From NCBI GenBank assembly GCA_020137815.1, contig CM035352.1, forward strand, positions 682,001-746,000: DNA of 64,000 bases, read 5' to 3'. The first letter of the stretch is position 1. The number at the start of each line of letters is the position of its first letter. The DNA is from Hormiphora californensis (taxonomy: Eukaryota; Animalia; Ctenophora). Under the pieces are notes generated by a model, which made no database searches, had not been told where the DNA came from, and saw only the letters and a list, made by a program, of their open reading frames with translations. Both the position numbers and the translations under genes were made by a program. Positions 63,236 to 64,000 of this stretch are shown here, in pieces.

Positions 63236-64000
63236 GAGTTATTCTAAGGATGTAAAGTTCTCTAAGGGGAGTTATTCTAAGGATGTAAAGTTCTCTAAGG
63301 GGAGTTATTCTAAGGATGTAAAGTTCTCTAAGGGGAGTTATTCTAAGGATGTAAAGTTCTCTAAGGGGAGTTATTCTAAGGATGTAAAGTTCTCTAAGGG
63401 GAGTTATTCTAAGGATGTAAAGTTCTCTAAGGGGAGTTATTCTAAGGATGTAAAGTTCTCTAAGGGGAGTTATTCTAAGGATGTAAAGTTCTCTAAGGGG
63501 AGTTATTCTAAGGATGTAAAGTTCTCTAAGGGGAGTTATTCTAAGGATGTAAAGTTCTCTAAGGGGAGTTATTCTAAGGATGTAAAGTTCTCTAAGGGGA
63601 GTTATTCTAAGGATGTAAAGTTCTCTAAGGGGAGTTATTCTAAGGATGTAAAGTTCTCTAAGGGGAGTTATTCTAAGGATGTAAAGTTCTCTAAGGGGAG
63701 TTATTCTAAGGATGTAAAGTTCTCTAAGGGGAGTTATTCTAAGGATGTAAAGTTCTCTAAGGGGAGTTATTCTAAGGATGTAAAGTTCTCTAAGGGGAGT
63801 TATTCTAAGGATGTAAAGTTCTCTAAGGGGAGTTATTCTAAGGATGTAAAGTTCTCTAAGGGGAGTTATTCTAAGGATGTAAAGTTCTCTAAGGGGAGTT
63901 ATTCTAAGGATGTAAAGTTCTCTAAGGGGAGTTATTCTAAGGATGTAAAGTTCTCTAAGGGGAGTTATTCTAAGGATGTAAAGTTCTCTAAGGGGAGTTA
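63236..64000. repeat. Perfect 33-bp tandem repeat, at least 23 copies, running off the window end
   Basis: GAGTTATTCTAAGGATGTAAAGTTCTCTAAGGG. Confidence 0.97.

Noticed and set aside
63236-64000. CRISPR array (also considered for the 21-bp and 36-bp arrays)
   Set aside because: There are no unique spacers and no cas genes, and the context is eukaryotic.

Overview
Eukaryotic (animal) genomic DNA with short GT-AG introns, many AG microsatellites, MITEs and nested intronic genes. This style suggests a ctenophore-like invertebrate (inference only). By hand-splicing I built three multi-exon genes. (1) An MLCK/titin-kinase-like gene (+, 13238-22053) with two Ig domains and a PEVK-like tail, hosting an antisense PhyH dioxygenase in one intron. 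(2) A complete 21-exon VPS39 (-, 26568-43177). (3) An 18-exon receptor kinase (-, 43570-57379) with signal peptide, SRCR domain, TM helix and non-RD kinase domain; its 7.6-kb intron contains two Delta/DSL-like genes with 12-aa Cys repeats and a C-type lectin gene. Single-exon genes include a divergent Ctr-family transporter and a Gly/Tyr-repeat membrane protein. The most unusual signals are: a TSD-flanked, part-inverted concatemer of a highly structured 504-bp unit (candidate integrated circular RNA or retroelement); tandem repeats repeatedly anchored on splice sites, including about 87 copies of a VPS39 donor; the SRCR-kinase with its nested recognition genes; and apparently mutually exclusive calmodulin-binding exons in the MLCK-like gene. 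No database searches or folding computations were run, and exon coordinates are manual.
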